A stretch of DNA of 63,697 nucleotides, the filler included, from Olpidium bornovanus S191 (taxonomy: Eukaryota; Fungi; Olpidiomycota): NCBI GenBank assembly GCA_017911155.1. It is 27 parts of 27 records of this genome, joined end to end, with 100 filler letters (N's around TTAATTAATTAA, not from the genome) between each part and the next. Parts side by side here need not be neighbours in the genome. Positions count along the whole stretch, not along the records: positions 21,449 to 23,514 come from JAEFCI010012093.1; positions 23,615 to 25,645 come from JAEFCI010012354.1; positions 25,746 to 27,649 come from JAEFCI010007014.1; positions 27,750 to 29,598 come from JAEFCI010005107.1; positions 29,699 to 31,266 come from JAEFCI010013006.1; positions 31,367 to 34,248 come from JAEFCI010006982.1; positions 34,349 to 37,726 come from JAEFCI010003259.1; 20 more parts are not named here. One strand, written 5' to 3'. Position numbers and translations under genes: made by a program. Below the pieces are notes generated by a model, which saw only the letters and a program-made list of their open reading frames with translations, made no database searches and was not told the origin of the DNA. Within the stretch, counting starts at the first letter, position 1; each line of letters starts with the position of its first letter. This document shows, piece by piece, positions 23,430-35,317 of the stretch.

Positions 23430-24070
23430 ACCACACACGACACACGCTCCCGAGAAAAGAAAAAGAAAAAGATTTACCAGCGTGATGGCGGTAAAACGAC
23501 TCAGCGGACAGAGGNNNNNNNNNNNNNNNNNNNNNNNNNNNNNNNNNNNNNNNNNNNNTTAATTAATTAANNNNNNNNNNNNNNNNNNNNNNNNNNNNNN
23601 NNNNNNNNNNNNNNACACGCCTGTTTAAAAACAGTGCATTTGGCAGCGGATGCGGCAGTTCGGCGCTGAGGGGGATAATTCTGGGATTTTCCGGTCTCGT
23701 TACCTCAGATAAACTCATCCGCGTTATATCCCATGCAATGCAGAAAGGCGCACCTAGCGGCATTAGAAATTTTTTATCTCATAGCGTATGCGCTGCAAGT
23801 TTCATGCAAATCAGAGATGGTCGAGAAAGCCATCTTTTGTTACAGGCCCACGGTTTCTTCAAGAACCCATGGGTGTCAGGGCTCCAGTCCCCGCACTGGG
23901 ACGTGTTTGCACTCTGTCCACAAGGCCAGGTCGGAGCTCGAAGCAGACCCTGGCGCTATCGCGGCGGGAGAGGAGCTCACCGAGGCGGCGGTGAATCTGC
24001 GCGAGAGTCGGCCTTTGAATTTTCTCTCCAACCGGTTTCCGGATAACGCCGCCCGGGTTGGAACAGGCGG

Positions 24071-24115
<45 letters not shown>

Positions 24116-24180
24116 CTGGGGCCTTTCCCCTCCGCAGGACCGCGTTCGCACGACCAAAAGCCAAAGAAAAAAAAAAAACA

Positions 24181-25645
24181 ATGAGCAAAAGACCCGCCTC
24201 GGCATTAGAGGCGGACGTTCCCGCCGCCGATGCGGACCATGTCGACAAGAAGCGCGGGTTGGCGAACGCGCCTCCCAGCGCAGCGGCGACTTCGCCGGTC
24301 GAGGGCGGCCCGCGCACAACCGCGAACGTTGAAATCCCCACCTCGAATGAGATCGCCGCTCCTCGGGGAGATGCCGCGTTGCGCTCGCCGGCTTCCGGCA
24401 ACTCGCTGGTTCTGGCACAGCCGCGAGAGCCAATGGAGACGGAGGCTTCCACCAACGGCGAGCAGCCGGCGAAAGACACCAAACGCCAGAAACTGCTGCA
24501 CATAAGCAACATCACAGGGGCGTGCTCGATGCTAAAGAGCAGGGTGCAGTGGTTTTTCGACGAAAGCGTCAAACTGGAGGAGCAACAGAAGGTCAGGCGC
24601 GTGCTCCACCTTTGTAGGCACCGTCACGACGGGTACCCGTTCTGCGGGTCCAATCTGAGCGAGAGGCGTTGTTGTTCGCGTCCCCCGGTAAGGTAGCGTT
24701 TGGACGTTTGACCCTGTCTAACGACGCGCGCGACCGCAAACTTGCAGAAACGACAGCCGTCGCCGTCCTCGAGTTTGTCGTCCGGCGCTTCTCAGCGGTC
24801 GCAAGGCTCTGCATCGCTGAGGTCGCAGGCATCTAGCGGCTCTCAGCAACCACCGATGCCCGGCCCTGCTCCGAAGGTCCAAGGCCCGCATACTTCGCAA
24901 TCGCCAGCAACTTCGCAGAGGTCACAACCGTTGTCGACACCGCTGCCCCTCAACCCATCGGTCTTAATCGCGTGCACGGGATATCTGACGTCCCTGAAGC
25001 GATGGAACCGGCAGGTCCTAGAAGCGGGACGGGAGTCCAAGGCATCCAGCGCGGAAGCCCGGGAGCTTGTCGACCTCGTACAGCTAGAATTGCAGAACTT
25101 GAGATACGAGTGCTGGCATTTCGAGCGCGAAATAGACAAGTGCGAATCGTTTAAGTAAGGAAGGGGAATAAAAGAGAGCTACCTTAGCGGAGAAGCAAAC
25201 GCTCACCTTTAAAGATGTATGAGTAAATTTCTGATTTGTTCTGCCGTTAAATTGTCGGAAGGTCCAAGTACCAAAACGTCGAACTGGTCCCTGAGGAAGA
25301 GTTCTTGGCGAATGCCCCACCAGAACTTGTGATGCAAACCGACCCGCACAAGCGCATGCTGAGCAGATTGAAATACGAGATGATGGAGAGGATTAGGTGC
25401 GTTGTTTGGGATAGGTATAACAGAGCGCATAAAATTATTGTCCGTGGGCAAGAATGGCGGAAACTCTGCACATGGTGGACTACAGACGGCCGTTTTACTG
25501 GCTCGTAATGCTAACTGTCTATCACATGACCTTGATCCCTGGATTGACGATTCGCTTGTATAAAGGTTGGAGCAAGAAAAAGGAAACCAGCTCTCGCTTT
25601 CGATGAAGCTGACGAAGGAAAACCGTGAAAAGAGGGCGGCAATTG
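24181..25645 (+). CDS. THOC5: THO complex subunit 5, multi-exon, 3'-truncated
   Basis: LKRWNRQVLEAGRESKASSAEARELVDLVQLELQNLRYECWHFEREIDKCESFK / SKYQNVELVPEEEFLANAP...DPHKRMLSRLKYEMMERIR. Confidence 0.88.
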
Positions 25646-26097
25646 NNNNNNNNNNNNNNNNNNNNNNNNNNNNNNNNNNNNNNNNNNNNTTAATTAATTA
25701 ANNNNNNNNNNNNNNNNNNNNNNNNNNNNNNNNNNNNNNNNNNNNCAGTCAGGATCAACAGGCCGTACTGGTCGTGAGCGTCGTTTCGCACGACACGGCG
25801 CTGCACTTGTCGCACATTCCGGCTTCGCAGGCGGTCGGCCTCAGGCCTGACGACGTCGTCCACATGATACATAAGAGAGTGAGGGAGGAGCGGGTGTGTG
25901 AGAGAGGGGGAACAGAAAACTGCCGACTTTCCTTGTCCGCGGGATGCCTGTAGCGAGCGGGACATCTTTGCGGGTCGGAAGACGCTTAAACATCGGCTCG
26001 GATCGAAAGCACAAAAGACCTGCACAAGGAAAAAAACGTATCCGGCGTTTGAGAAAAAAGGAGTGGGGGGGGGGGGGGGGGAAGGGGGGGGAAAAAA

Positions 26098-26142
<45 letters not shown>

Positions 26143-26423
26143 GGGGGGGGGGGGGGGAACAAGAGAGAGAGGGGGAGAGAGAGAGAGAGAGAAAAAAACA
26201 AAACCGGCGGAGCGAGTATATAATTCCCCTAGGAAAAAAAAAAATAAATTGGGGGAAGACGGCAACTATCGTAGTAGATTTCGTTTTATGCTTCTTTTCT
26301 TTTTGTTGTTGTTACCCCTCGTTTTACTCCTGATATAGTCCGTTTCGCACCGCCGCCGACGTCGGCTTCCGTCCATCGTGCGGGGCGTTTTGTGCGTTCC
26401 CGGCGCGAAAGGCACGGCGCCCT

Positions 26424-27649
26424 TTACCGACTGGAGTTCGGAAAGAAGTACTCCTCCTGGTAGCCGTACTTTTCGAACCACTGCTGGACGTAAACGCTGG
26501 CCTTCCAGTAGCGCGCGTCCGCGTACTTGTCGTATATGGACTGGTGACTGTTGCGGTCCATGGCCCGCTCGATGATCAGCGCAGCCACGTCCTCGAGCTG
26601 TTCAGCAGTGTAGCTGCTGTAGTGGACGTGAACCGGCGTCTGCACAGCGGGTTAGAGTTTGGCAACAGGGCAGCAGAATGCAACCGTCGAGCCCGTCGCT
26701 CTTTTCGGAATTACAAGCTTCCGCCGAGGTTCCCGATAACCGCTTTCGAAAAGCGGAAGTGGCCCTCATGAAAAATCTAGACATACCCATTCGCCTTCGG
26801 AACCTTTCAGGAACTTTCTCGCCAGCATGTCGCCGGCCGCGGCAATCATGGATGGCGTGATGCCAATGAATTTCTCGTCCATAATCGTCAGCTCGACGAG
26901 GTATTTGGCGAGTGTTCGAGTGGACTGACAGTAGTCGTCCGCCTTCGACACGCGGCGAAGGAACGACATGGGTCCGGGAAAACCGAGCTCAAAATTCAGA
27001 AGCTGGACCATGTAGCGCTCGGCCTTCTTGATTTCCTCTGCGTCGTAGCCATTATCGACCATGTACACTAGGTCCGCGATACTGGGGGCACTGATCTCCT
27101 CGAACTTGGCAGCGAGGAGAAGGGCCGTAACGCCAACAAGCTGAAACTTCTGTACCGACACGACCTTGGCGGAGAGGAAGCGGTCAATAAAGTTGACGCA
27201 AAGGAACAGGGTCTCATTCTGCATTTGGAAGCGGCCATGGACTTGCACCAGCCAATCGATAAGCACACCCCTCTGTGACCAGTATCTGGTATGTTAGTGC
27301 CGGGGCTTGACAAAGGTGCTGTTGTGCTCAATCAACGAACCATTTCCCATTGAATTTCCGATTGGTTGTCCATGTACGCGGGGTCGGGCATCATCCTCGC
27401 CTGAGCGGCAAAGCAGAGTCGCGCTTTTTTTTTTAGAAAACGTCGCGCAACTTCCGAGTTTTAAACTTTTCGGCGAATCGTCTGTTACCTCGAGGTCTCT
27501 CATGTAATGGAAAATCTCGTCGGAGTACTCATGTACCAGGGACGGCTCGAGCGCATCCTCCTTGCGCTGCGCTTCAATGAATTGCAAGTCCTCCTCGGAC
27601 ATTTCCATCTGCAGTCTCCCGTCTACATCCATCGGGCTGTACACCCCGG
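26424..27649 (-). CDS. B-type cyclin, multi-exon, 5'-truncated
   Basis: EYSDEIFHYMRDLE, then the cyclin box LIDWLVQVHGRFQMQNETLFLCVNFIDRFLS...KFQLVGVTALLLAAKFEEI, FPGPMSFLRRVSKADDY and IYDKYA. Confidence 0.95.
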
Positions 27650-27749
27650 NNNNNNNNNNNNNNNNNNNNNNNNNNNNNNNNNNNNNNNNNNNNTTAATTA
27701 ATTAANNNNNNNNNNNNNNNNNNNNNNNNNNNNNNNNNNNNNNNNNNNN

Positions 27750-27836
<87 letters not shown>

Positions 27837-27910
27837 GCCCCCCCCCCCCCCCCCACCCACGCGGCCCTTTCACCCGTCCGCCCGGGCCCCGCCATCCCAA
27901 CAGTTCCAAG

Positions 27911-27917
27911 TATAAAA
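27911..27917 (+). promoter_or_regulatory. Putative TATA box of the HAD gene
   Basis: TATAAAA about 80 bp upstream of ATG 27997 in otherwise GC-rich DNA. Confidence 0.5.
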
Positions 27918-27996
27918 GCGACCTGCCTCGGCCGCCGAGGAGGTCGCCAGACCAGGTCGCTCTTGCCGACGACAGCCTTCCCTTGCCCTGCCCGCC

Positions 27997-29598
27997 ATGA
28001 GGTCGTTCCACGCCTGCATTGCGCTCGCCGCGGCCTTCGCCGCCCTCGCCGCCGCGGCGCCGACGATCGTCTCTGTTTCCGTGCTCGCTAAGCCGCTGTT
28101 CGATGGTGCTGCCGCCAATTCTTCGTCCGCCGGCTTCGGCGCGCCTGGAAAGCGGAGACAAGTGAAACTCATCGCTTCAGGTACCCGGCCTTGGGAGGGA
28201 GAGAGGGAGGGAGGGAGGGAGGGAGGGGAGGCGGGGCCGACGACGAGAGAGTCAATTTTCTTTTTTTTTTTTCCGGGGGCGTGCGACGAGAGGGGCAATC
28301 GGTTTTTCCTACTCCGCCTCCCGCGCTGGAGCAACGGGTCTCCCCCGCCTGACCTCCCTGAAACTCCGCCGCTCCCGTGCGCCCGTTGTCTAACTCCCCG
28401 CGCCGCCCGTCCGTTCCTTTATGCAGATGTCGACGGAACGCTCCTGAACTCTGAACACAAGTTCACCCCGCGGACGCTGAGCGCCCTGAAGTCTATGCCC
28501 GATCAGTGCACTTTCGTCATCGCGACCGGAAAGAGCCGCGGCGCGGTGGTACCGCTCCTTCAAGCGGCGTTCGGCGCAGACCGAGCGTGGCCTCCCAGTA
28601 TTAACCTCAACGGACTCATCACCTACGGGGCCGCTGGGCAGGTGCTGAAGGAGCACACTATGCGGCCGCAGGTTGCAGCGCAGGTTGTCGCCTACGCGGA
28701 AAGGAATGGGTTGGTCTACGTCGTTCACTCCGGCAAGGACATTCTCAGCGCAAGAAGACAGGAGGGGTTCGAGGCCCACCTGAAGCTGGTCGACGAGCCG
28801 GCCGTGGAAATCGCGGAAAGGCTTGAGGAGCGCTTGAAGTCGGGAGAGGTACGCGAACGTGTCGGGGCACCGTGAAAGAACGCCGACGGTTTGGAGGAGC
28901 CTGACGCCGAATGAATGCGCACCGACTTTTTTCCAGATCCCTTGCCACAAGATTATCTTCTTTTTCGAGAAGCCCGCGGAGTTGGCCAGTGTGCGGGACG
29001 CGATGCCGAAAGATCCCTCGATTGCCAACATGATCGTTCCCCAGGGGTCGCCCATCGACGGCGAGCACGTGTACGTGATGTCTGCTGACCCTAAGGTCCT
29101 CGAGGTCTGTCCGGCCGGCATCTCGAAGGCGACTGCTCTCGCCGGCCTGTCCGAAATTATGGGCGTTGAGCGAGATGAGGTCGTTGCACTCGGTGACGGG
29201 GAGAACGACATTGTGAGTCACGTTTGCCATTTCAGAGACAAAGAAGAAGACGCGGCGAAGAGAACTCCACCCATGAACGGATCACGCGTTGTTCTTATTT
29301 GGTTTTCCGTTTTCACGCTTGCAACTGACATCCTGCGCTTTAATGCTGGTTTTGACTTCGCAGGAAATGTTGACGTGGGCCGGGTCTGGTGTCGTAATGG
29401 TACGCGCTCGTCGAACCCTTCATTCTCCGCATCGTCCCCGAATCTCCCGCATTGGTTACGACGTGGTTCGCTAAAATCATGCTGCTTCTCATCATCTCGA
29501 CCTGCAGGGAAATGGTGTGCCCAGAGCCGTCGAGGCTGCGGACTACCGGACCGTTACGAATGATGATGACGGCGTTGCCGCGGTCGTGGAAACGATCG
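27997..29598 (+). CDS. Cof-type (subfamily IIB) HAD phosphatase with N-terminal signal peptide, multi-exon, 3'-truncated
   Basis: MRSFHACIALAAAFAALAAAA, then KLIAS/DVDGTLLN (motif I), VIATGKS (II), ISKATAL (III), VALGDGENDI/EMLTWAG (IV) and NDDDGVAAVVE. Confidence 0.9.
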
Positions 29599-30095
29599 NN
29601 NNNNNNNNNNNNNNNNNNNNNNNNNNNNNNNNNNNNNNNNNNTTAATTAATTAANNNNNNNNNNNNNNNNNNNNNNNNNNNNNNNNNNNNNNNNNNNNCA
29701 TGTCCTGCTCGTCTGTTCTGGTTTCTTTTTGTTGGGAGGAGGCAGAATCCAACCCGAAGGGTGTACGGTGCACTGTCTGCCCTCTGGCGTCCTGCGCTGC
29801 GCTCCTCTTCCCGCCCGCGATGCCTCGTCAATCTGCAGTCGCCGCCGGGCCCTTTGTCGCGCGCGTTCCGGCGCAGATTCGGGTTGTGTGTTCAGCGGAA
29901 AAAAAAAAAAAAAAAAAAGAAAACAAAAGGCGAGGCCGAGCAGCAGCAGCAACCCTGCGACAACAACAACAACAACAGAGAAAGAAAGCCTGTCGCGCGT
30001 CCCGGAGCCGCCGCGTCCCCCCTCCGCCGTCCCCCGTCTCCATCGGCGCTCGTCCGCGCGCCCGGTTCTGCTTTCCGCCCGAGAAATAAAGAGCC

Positions 30096-31150
30096 ATGGC
30101 CGCCGATGCTGCAATCGCGGGTGCCGCGACGGCCGGCCGGCAGGTGGAGAAGAAGAGTAAGCGGCAGCCCAGCCGCAAGGGCAAGAAGGCGTGGAGGGCC
30201 AACATCGATATGACCGACGTGGAGGAGGGTCTCGAGGAAGCCAGGGAAGAGGAGCGCATCGGGTGAGTGTTTGCGCGGTTGGCGGACTCCGGGTGATCCC
30301 CGCGCCCCTTCCCGCTTCGGCAAGCGCGCGCCGACTAGTTCCGGAACCCAGAGAGAGTTTTGCTCGCCGCCGTTTGTGGCCGAAAGCGCCCGAACATGTC
30401 TCTGAATCCCCTGCTGCGACTTGTCGTCCGTCCTTCTCCCTGCCCGCAGGGATATGACCGGCCTTCCGGATTCGAGCATATTCGTTCTTGATGGGGACAA
30501 AAACTCGCAGTTGTACAAACCGGCCAGCAAGTCTCTTTGGCGCGACGAGAACCTGACAGCACGGTCCGCGGTGCCTGCGGTCACTTCTCGCTCACGGGTG
30601 GAGAAGCGGGTCAAGGGGCCCGTTTTGGTGAAGGGAAAGCCACAGATGTCAAAGAACACCCGGAAGGCCATCGCGAAGTTGACGAAAAAGACATCTTCAA
30701 CAGTCGGCAAGATGCGCGCCGACTGCCTGGTACGGGCGAACAAGGCGCCAGCGATGTTTGACTTGTGGGCGGAAGACGACCCCGGAGCGAAAGGGCAGAA
30801 GAACTCTGCCGGCAAAGAGTTTATCTCTTTTGCGAAGAAGGAACCTGTCAAGGTGCGTTTCTTACCTGTCCGTCCAAGGGTGAACGTGGACCGTCAAACC
30901 GGCCGCTTTCTGTCGGTGTTAAGTATAATACATTCTTCCCCGTTTTTAGGTTCCCAAGTCGATGCTAATAAAACCCACGCGATTGACGGCGGTCGAGAGT
31001 TCTCACTTGGGCGCGTCGTACCGGGCGCCAGAAAGTGCGCGGAAGGAGCTGATTGCGCTGGCGGGCGCGGTGGAGCTCAAGAAAGAGAACGAGCGCGTCC
31101 AATTGGCCGAGATCCAAGCGAAATTCTTTAAGAACGGGTCTGCGGACGGG
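30096..31150 (+). CDS. NOP53: Ribosome biogenesis protein Nop53/GLTSCR2, N-terminal part
   Basis: QPSRKGKKAWRANIDMTDVEEGLEEAREEERIG, SIFVLDGDK, MFDLWAED and HLGASYRAP. Confidence 0.9.
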
Positions 31151-31687
31151 GTGAGTTCTTTTTAGCGGGCTGACCGTCTCTGCAGGCGCGAGCGTACTCG
31201 GCATTTGTTGCTGACCATATTTTTTGATTGCGGCCGCTGGTGTGGGAAAAAAAGCTGGACGACATGNNNNNNNNNNNNNNNNNNNNNNNNNNNNNNNNNN
31301 NNNNNNNNNNTTAATTAATTAANNNNNNNNNNNNNNNNNNNNNNNNNNNNNNNNNNNNNNNNNNNNAAACCGATTTTTGTAATCCGCTCCCTCCCCTCCC
31401 CCCCATTACTCTGCTGTGCCTCGCTGTTGCTCGGGGACTCGCACCTTTGGACTCGGAAGGCCTTTTCAGGGAGTTTAAGAGCACATGACTCAAGTGACAT
31501 CGAAAAAAAAAGTCGATATATTTTCCGGACGCGGACGAAAAACAGGAAAAACCGAAGCCGGGCCATCAATCTGCCTCCGGCCCCGCATTTTCCGAGCCTC
31601 GTTTAACCGCCGACATCAAAAACGACGCGGTGGCGGAGGTTGCGGCCCACATCCGACGCATACCTCCCCGATCGCCAAAAAGGGGTC

Positions 31688-31834
31688 TCATTTCTTCCTC
31701 GACCGTAAAACTCCAATTAACAGCGCCACGATGCCTCCAACTATCGCCATTCCAATGACGCCGTCTGCTCAGATTTTTTTTTATGAAAAAAAAGCCCGCC
31801 CACGCCTTTCAGTCAAACAAAAACCCGTTAAGGG

Positions 31835-31866
<32 letters not shown>

Positions 31867-32278
31867 GCGCGCGCGCCCCCCCCACCCCTCCTCCCCCCAG
31901 AGCCGACACAAAACCGGGGGGGCAAAATGCCATTAGAATTCTATTACCTTTCGCGACCTGCTCGTCAATCAGGGCCTTCAAATTTTGCGCCTGCGCGTTC
32001 CGCGGCTCGACCTGGAGGAGCGAGTCATTGTACCTGCGGGCTTCGGCGAACGAGCCGAGCTTATAATTTCCGAGGGCCAGGTAGTAGAGGCATTCCCGCT
32101 GGCGTTCAGGAGCGGAGGCGTGGATTTCTTGTTTTTTGGGAAGCGCGGGTGGGGGCGGGGCGGGGGTTGGTTCGGAAAACCGGATACAGCGCAAACCGGA
32201 ATCCGCGGACGCGAGACGCGCGCGCGCACGCGAACCCCAAAAGCGAAAAAGCAAAAGGTCGCTTTCAAGGAGGAGGAG

Positions 32279-32309
<31 letters not shown>

Positions 32310-32736
32310 GAGGGGCAAAGGGCGTTCACCTTTCAGAAGGCGAATACCCTGGTGCTGCTCGTCGCGGACGCTGGATTTCACCAGACCCCACGCGTAGTTG
32401 AACTTGGTCTGTATGGACACCTTGGCACCTTCCCTGACATACTGCGTCCGCAGAATCTGAGCACGGTGGGCGAACACGAGCGGCGGCAAAATGAGAAAGG
32501 GGGCGCGCGCGCCAACGTGCGGCGGGTGTGGTTACTGGTCGTTCGGAGGCGGGTTTCTGGCTCCGCAGGCCGATCGGGCGAAAGCGGGGCGGGCCGGGAG
32601 GGGGAAAAGGAAAAAAAGAAAAGGAACCGACGGGCAGCGAGGGGTTGGCGCGGGCAGCAGGCGCATCCTCACCTACGTTCAGCTCTGCGGGGTTCAGAGG
32701 GGCCTTCGCATCAGCGGCGTAGGGCAGGTTGTCCAT
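31688..32736 (-). CDS. FIS1: Mitochondrial fission protein Fis1, complete, 4 exons
   Basis: [16 protein letters not shown] / LRTQY...[13 protein letters not shown] / [19 protein letters not shown]...[21 protein letters not shown] / [25 protein letters not shown] (TM tail). Confidence 0.95.
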
Positions 32737-33299
32737 GTGCGGGACGCCGAGAAGGGAAGGCCGTCGACCTCGGGGCGCGCGCGTGCGCCGCCCGGGGCCC
32801 TCTTCCGCGACGGGAGACAGCGATAACGTGGCCCGCGCCTCACGGGGCCGGGTGAGGAGGACGTCTCCTTTTTTTTTTTTTTATTCTCCTCTCCGGGGTC
32901 CCGTTGAGAGGGCGAGTTGAGTTATGCGGACAAGAGGTAAATTGGACAGAGAAAAGGCAAAGAGAGGGGGGGAGGTGGCGGCGCCGGACGGAAAAAAGAA
33001 AAGCAGACGAGCAAAGCGTCGCCGCCGCCGTGGAGCGCCGTGAGTACTGAACAGCCTAATCGCTTTTACCTCGCGTCTGCTTTTCCGCCTCGCGCCTGCG
33101 TCCCGTACTTGCCGTCCTTCCACTTCGTCTTCGCCCGTTACAAACGACGACGACGACGAAAAACGGTGCGTTCCAAACCCCGGCCCTCATATCAACCGTG
33201 AACCTGTTCATCCAAAATGACCCACGCTACCCGTTGATCCTGGTTCAAACGGGGCACTTTGTCTCGCCAATGGTCAGATTCTGCACATTCCGAGCCTGT

Positions 33300-34100
33300 C
33301 TCCGAACTCAATGAGCTTGATATTGTCCAGTGGCTCTGCGAGTATACTGCCACGTTCATGGGCGAGGTGACGCGCTCAATCCGGATAATCTTATCTGCGG
33401 CACATCGCCTGAGGTGGTGTTGCCTGATATCAACGCGTTTCGACCTCTTCGACTTTTTGATTTTGCCCCTGGCCCGCCGTCCCGGAGTTGTCTATGTAGA
33501 GCGGCGTCGGTTTTCACAGCGGATGGATAGATGTACTGAAGGATTGATCGCAGCCGTTGTGTTTCCTGCGCGGCGGCCAATCCCATTGTGAATTCGGCCT
33601 CGCACGATGACGTTGCTATCACGCACCGACCTCCATGAGACGGCGCCTCCGTGGTATTGTGCGATAAATCTTGAAGTTGAGGCTGGGTTTAATTGGCAAC
33701 CTCGCGAAACATGTCGACGTCCTTGCTCGACGCATCTTGCGGGCCGGAGAATTTGAGACCCAAATCTGCCGTTCCTCGCAAGTGCCTGAGCGCTTGTTTT
33801 ATTGCGGCACAATGTCGCATAGCTAGACGCGTTGAACTCAGCAAGGAATGCAACCGCGAATGCCAGGTCAGGTTTCGTCATGGATGCCAGCCAGAGTAAG
33901 AAACCAATTGCTTCTACGTATTGTCCCGTTTTCATCATGGTTGGCACAGGCGACGTCAGAATCCTCATTTGCCCCATTCTCTAGTGTCGTGGTGACTGGG
34001 TTTGCATCGCGCATCCCATGCTTGGCGAGCAGTTGCGTGACATCGTGTGTTTGATCTGTCGTGTGCGATCCAATCTTGATGATATGTTACCCCCAGGCAC
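33300..34100 (-). mobile_element. Degenerate Ty1/copia retrotransposon pol fragment (RT end plus RNase H)
   Basis: Across frameshifts: QLLAKHGMRDANPVTT, YVEAIGFLLWLASMTKPDLAFAV, GGAVSWRS, ATSSCEAEF and KRVDIRQHHLR...IIRIERVTSPMNVA. Confidence 0.8.
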
Positions 34101-35317
34101 GAATGTTCAATCGCTCCCGTCACTCATCATGAGTTTGGACTCCAGGCCAGCCTCAATCTCGGCGGCGGGCGTCCGTCGGCCCGCGCAAGGATGATATCAT
34201 TGACGCAGACGGCCTGAAGAACACAGCGGAACGCCCGCGCTTTCGAATNNNNNNNNNNNNNNNNNNNNNNNNNNNNNNNNNNNNNNNNNNNNTTAATTAA
34301 TTAANNNNNNNNNNNNNNNNNNNNNNNNNNNNNNNNNNNNNNNNNNNNCATGGAGATAAATGTTTCGAACTTTGTTGCGCTGCCAGAGCTATCACGTAAA
34401 GGAATTTTGTTGGATAACGGTTTCGCCATACTGTAGGCGTATTTTGATTCACCTTGGGTTGGCCCAGTCTCACGTTCCACACTAGTGGTATCAATACGAG
34501 CCGGTAGGGGTGTTGATTGGTCCGGTTGACACCTTCTTTTCGGTATTTCTGTGCGTGCGGCTACCACGTTTCTTCCGCCCACTCCAAATGGAAGCAGAAA
34601 CACAGGTGGGTGAATTAGAAATGAACGGAGGCAAAAAGAACCGGACCATCAGCAAACTGTAATTCGATTCAGAGCGGTTTTACATCAGTTTGTTATGGTT
34701 TGCTCACTTTGAAAACCAGATGAACTACTTGAATCATGCAAACCTCCGCCTAGGTAGATTTAGTACCTCTGCAAACCTGTGCAAACGTTCGCGGAGTTGC
34801 CACCGGTTCTCGCAGGTTCCGTAATGATTGGTGCTCCCAACCGCTCAGAAACCCCCGAAACAGCTTCGAACCACGGCGGGAATATAACAAACTTGTCAAA
34901 ACCTTCCACGAACAGCAGTCCGACCCAGCATTAACCCAACGTGAACCAGTTTGAGCTGTCAAGAACCAAGCGGGTGCGCCGACTTTCGTTCCTTCGGCAG
35001 CTTGCCTTCTGCAGCTTCGCAGGCTGCAGCTTCGACAAAGCAGCTGTTGTGATTTTTGGAGAGGGGGAAAGCGGATTTTGTGATGCCCGGCCGGACTCGG
35101 GGTTGACAAGGGGGAAGGCCGGTTCGCGGATTCCGCCCGTTTTGTAATTCGAAAACGGAGGCGGTCACGTGACTGCGACTTTCCCCGTGAGCCCAACCGC
35201 CCGCCTCTTTCCTCTTCCGCGCCGGCAAAGCAAAGCAGAACCGTAAACAACAGCCGGAGCCTCAGGACACACGCGAAACCGTCTCGCCCGACACTCCCCC
35301 AGCACGGTTCCGTCAAA

